Source of the DNA: Ruminococcus sp.
GTDB taxonomy: Bacteria; Bacillota; Clostridia; Oscillospirales; Ruminococcaceae
Reading direction: 5' to 3'
NCBI GenBank assembly: GCA_017450925.1
Contig: JAFSSS010000081.1
Location: 18,090-82,089, forward strand
Length of the DNA stretch: 64,000 nt
Shown here: one piece after another, positions 62,701 through 64,000 of the stretch
Layout: each line of letters opens with the position of its first letter
Numbering within the stretch: position 1 is the stretch's first letter
The notes under the pieces: model-generated
Database searches by the model: none
Seen by the model: only the letters and a program-made list of their open reading frames with translations
What the model was told of the DNA's origin: nothing
Position numbers and translations under genes: made by a program

Positions 62701-64000
62701 TCATCGTAACGAACAGAAACGGAAAAGTCATCGGCTCTACTTACCCGAAAAGGGCAAGAGGGCTTGTAAAGAACGGTCGGGCAGAGTATGTCAGTGACCG
62801 CGAAATATGTCTTTTGCATACTCATCCTCCGGCCGTGGATAATAAAACTACGGAGGTAAATACAATGAGTAAAACAATAGATTTCAATGCAAGAGAATTC
62901 AGATTTGACGAGACCTGTCAGAGCCTTGATAATACGCCGGTCAATGCAGGCCAGCGGGCTTTTGTCACAATGAGCTTCGGCAATACCGAAGTGTGGGAGA
63001 TAGGCGACTGGCAGTGGACCTGGTCTCAGATCAGACAGGATATCAGACTGGAAAAGAATACCGCGTATTCTTTCAGATTCTCTATGGAAGGCGGCATCTG
63101 CTCAACGGATGACGCTGTTACTGTGGCTCACATCGTTCCCAAGGGTAAATGGGAGGAACGCTATACCTTCCTGCTGGACCATAACAAGTTCATGCCGGAG
63201 GTATGTGTTCAGGACGGAAAAGACTTGCTTAGGACCTTTGAGTTGCCCTTCGATTCCGGCGAAGATGAGGAATGGATCATCTATCTTGCGGCACAGCACG
63301 CTGTGACAAGGTTCTTTGCTCCTGTCAGCTATGAAACAGTCAGCAGGATGCAGCCTGTGAGCTATTTGCAGTTCGTCGGCGGAGAGAGCAGGGAAGAGAA
63401 GTACGCAAAGGCTGCCAGCAGTATCAATGTGTCAGTTGAGAACCGGTCCTTCGACGAGTCAAGCTTTGCCAAGAAGCTGTCAGCTATAGGAGCAGGCAGC
63501 AATGCGGCCTTTGAGAATGTTACAGTAAAGCCGGATGCCCGGCTTGCCGAGCTGGATGCCGGCGTTCCTGCCGAGGGATGCAATCTCGCCTTTGAGAACT
63601 GCACGATCACCAGCCGGGCGATGTCGCTGATAATATCCAAGCTCGGAAACGGCTGCAACATAGGGATGGAGAATGTAACTGTCACCGAGGACGGCTTTGA
63701 CGATCTTGTTGATATCGGTGAGGAGATCGAAGGTGCGAACATCGCCCTTGAAAATGTCACCCTCCCTAAAGCACTCATAGACCTGTTCTATGATAAAATG
63801 GGCGACGGATGTACATTTTCCGAGGAAGGCGCAGAGGATTACGAGGTCTATGAAGACCTTCCAGGCGACCTTGTGGCTGTTGATACCGAGACCGGCGAGA
63901 TCTCACCTCTCACCAAGGAGGAGCTTGAGAAAGCGGAAAAAGCTCTTGCAGATAAACTTGAAGCGTCAGAGAAAGCTCTTGCAGATAAGCTCATTGAAGA
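62688..64000 (+). CDS. Partial hypothetical cytoplasmic protein (>437 aa): N-terminal PLMP/RRXRR-like domain, Trp-rich domain, solenoid repeats
   Basis: Hand translation is open to the window end: MEKNIIVTNRNGKVIGSTYPKRARGLVKNGRAEYVSDREICL...; absent from the ORF track because it has no stop in the window. Confidence 0.85.
   Translation, partial: MEKNIIVTNRNGKVIGSTYPKRARGLVKNGRAEYVSDREICLLHTHPPAVDNKTTEVNTMSKTIDFNAREFRFDETCQSLDNTPVNAGQRAFVTMSFGNTEVWEIGDWQWTWSQIRQDIRLEKNTAYSFRFSMEGGICSTDDAVTVAHIVPKGKWEERYTFLLDHNKFMPEVCVQDGKDLLRTFELPFDSGEDEEWIIYLAAQHAVTRFFAPVSYETVSRMQPVSYLQFVGGESREEKYAKAASSINVSVENRSFDESSFAKKLSAIGAGSNAAFENVTVKPDARLAELDAGVPAEGCNLAFENCTITSRAMSLIISKLGNGCNIGMENVTVTEDGFDDLVDIGEEIEGANIALENVTLPKALIDLFYDKMGDGCTFSEEGAEDYEVYEDLPGDLVAVDTETGEISPLTKEELEKAEKALADKLEASEKALADKLIE

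Noticed and set aside
62567-62797. 76-aa ORF in the track
   Set aside because: Its TTG start is the -35 box, upstream of the predicted transcription start, and it overlaps the real ORF out of frame; initiation at the ATA of repeat copy 1 cannot be excluded
62688-64000. IscB/IsrB nuclease or IS200/605 element
   Set aside because: No RuvC, bridge helix or HNH motifs in the visible 437 aa, and the ~85-nt leader is too short for an omega RNA

Overview
Gene-dense chromosomal window. Gene content and surface-protein style suggest a Ruminococcus-like Oscillospiraceae (Clostridia) genome; this is an inference. In order: two tandem ECF sigma/anti-sigma pairs with a shared upstream motif; a penicillin-binding/beta-lactamase-fold lipoprotein; a ~14.6 kb teichoic-acid-type glycopolymer locus (TagG/H-type ABC exporter, TagD, TagB/F-type polymerases, GT2, two LicD-fold proteins, and an NTP-transferase + PLP enzyme + ornithine-cyclodeaminase-family cassette); a GH13 glycosidase; SRP RNA-dnaX-ebfC-recR; manA-glk-ilvD-pyrC-pyrF; a stand-alone hexapeptide acyltransferase with glmM; two paralogous surface proteins with a Cys-His-Asp transglutaminase-like domain; an OmpR-type two-component system with htrA; an MBOAT/AlgJ-like acylation pair with two lipoproteins; pheA, nadB/nadC, udp, adhE, azlCD and pepF. 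A final ORF, absent from the ORF track, runs off the window edge. I saw no tRNA, rRNA, CRISPR array or transposase. Best candidates for undescribed biology: (1) a choline-kinase-independent route to an unusual CDP-amino-alcohol (possibly N-carboxyethylated, opine-like) wall-polymer substituent, accompanied by apparently catalytically dead paralogues; (2) the edge gene, which has a duplicated RBS-masking hairpin, an N-terminal PLMP/RRXRR-like domain and an internal second start; (3) heptamer-flanked long hairpin elements. All family calls come from motifs recognised by eye, not from database searches.
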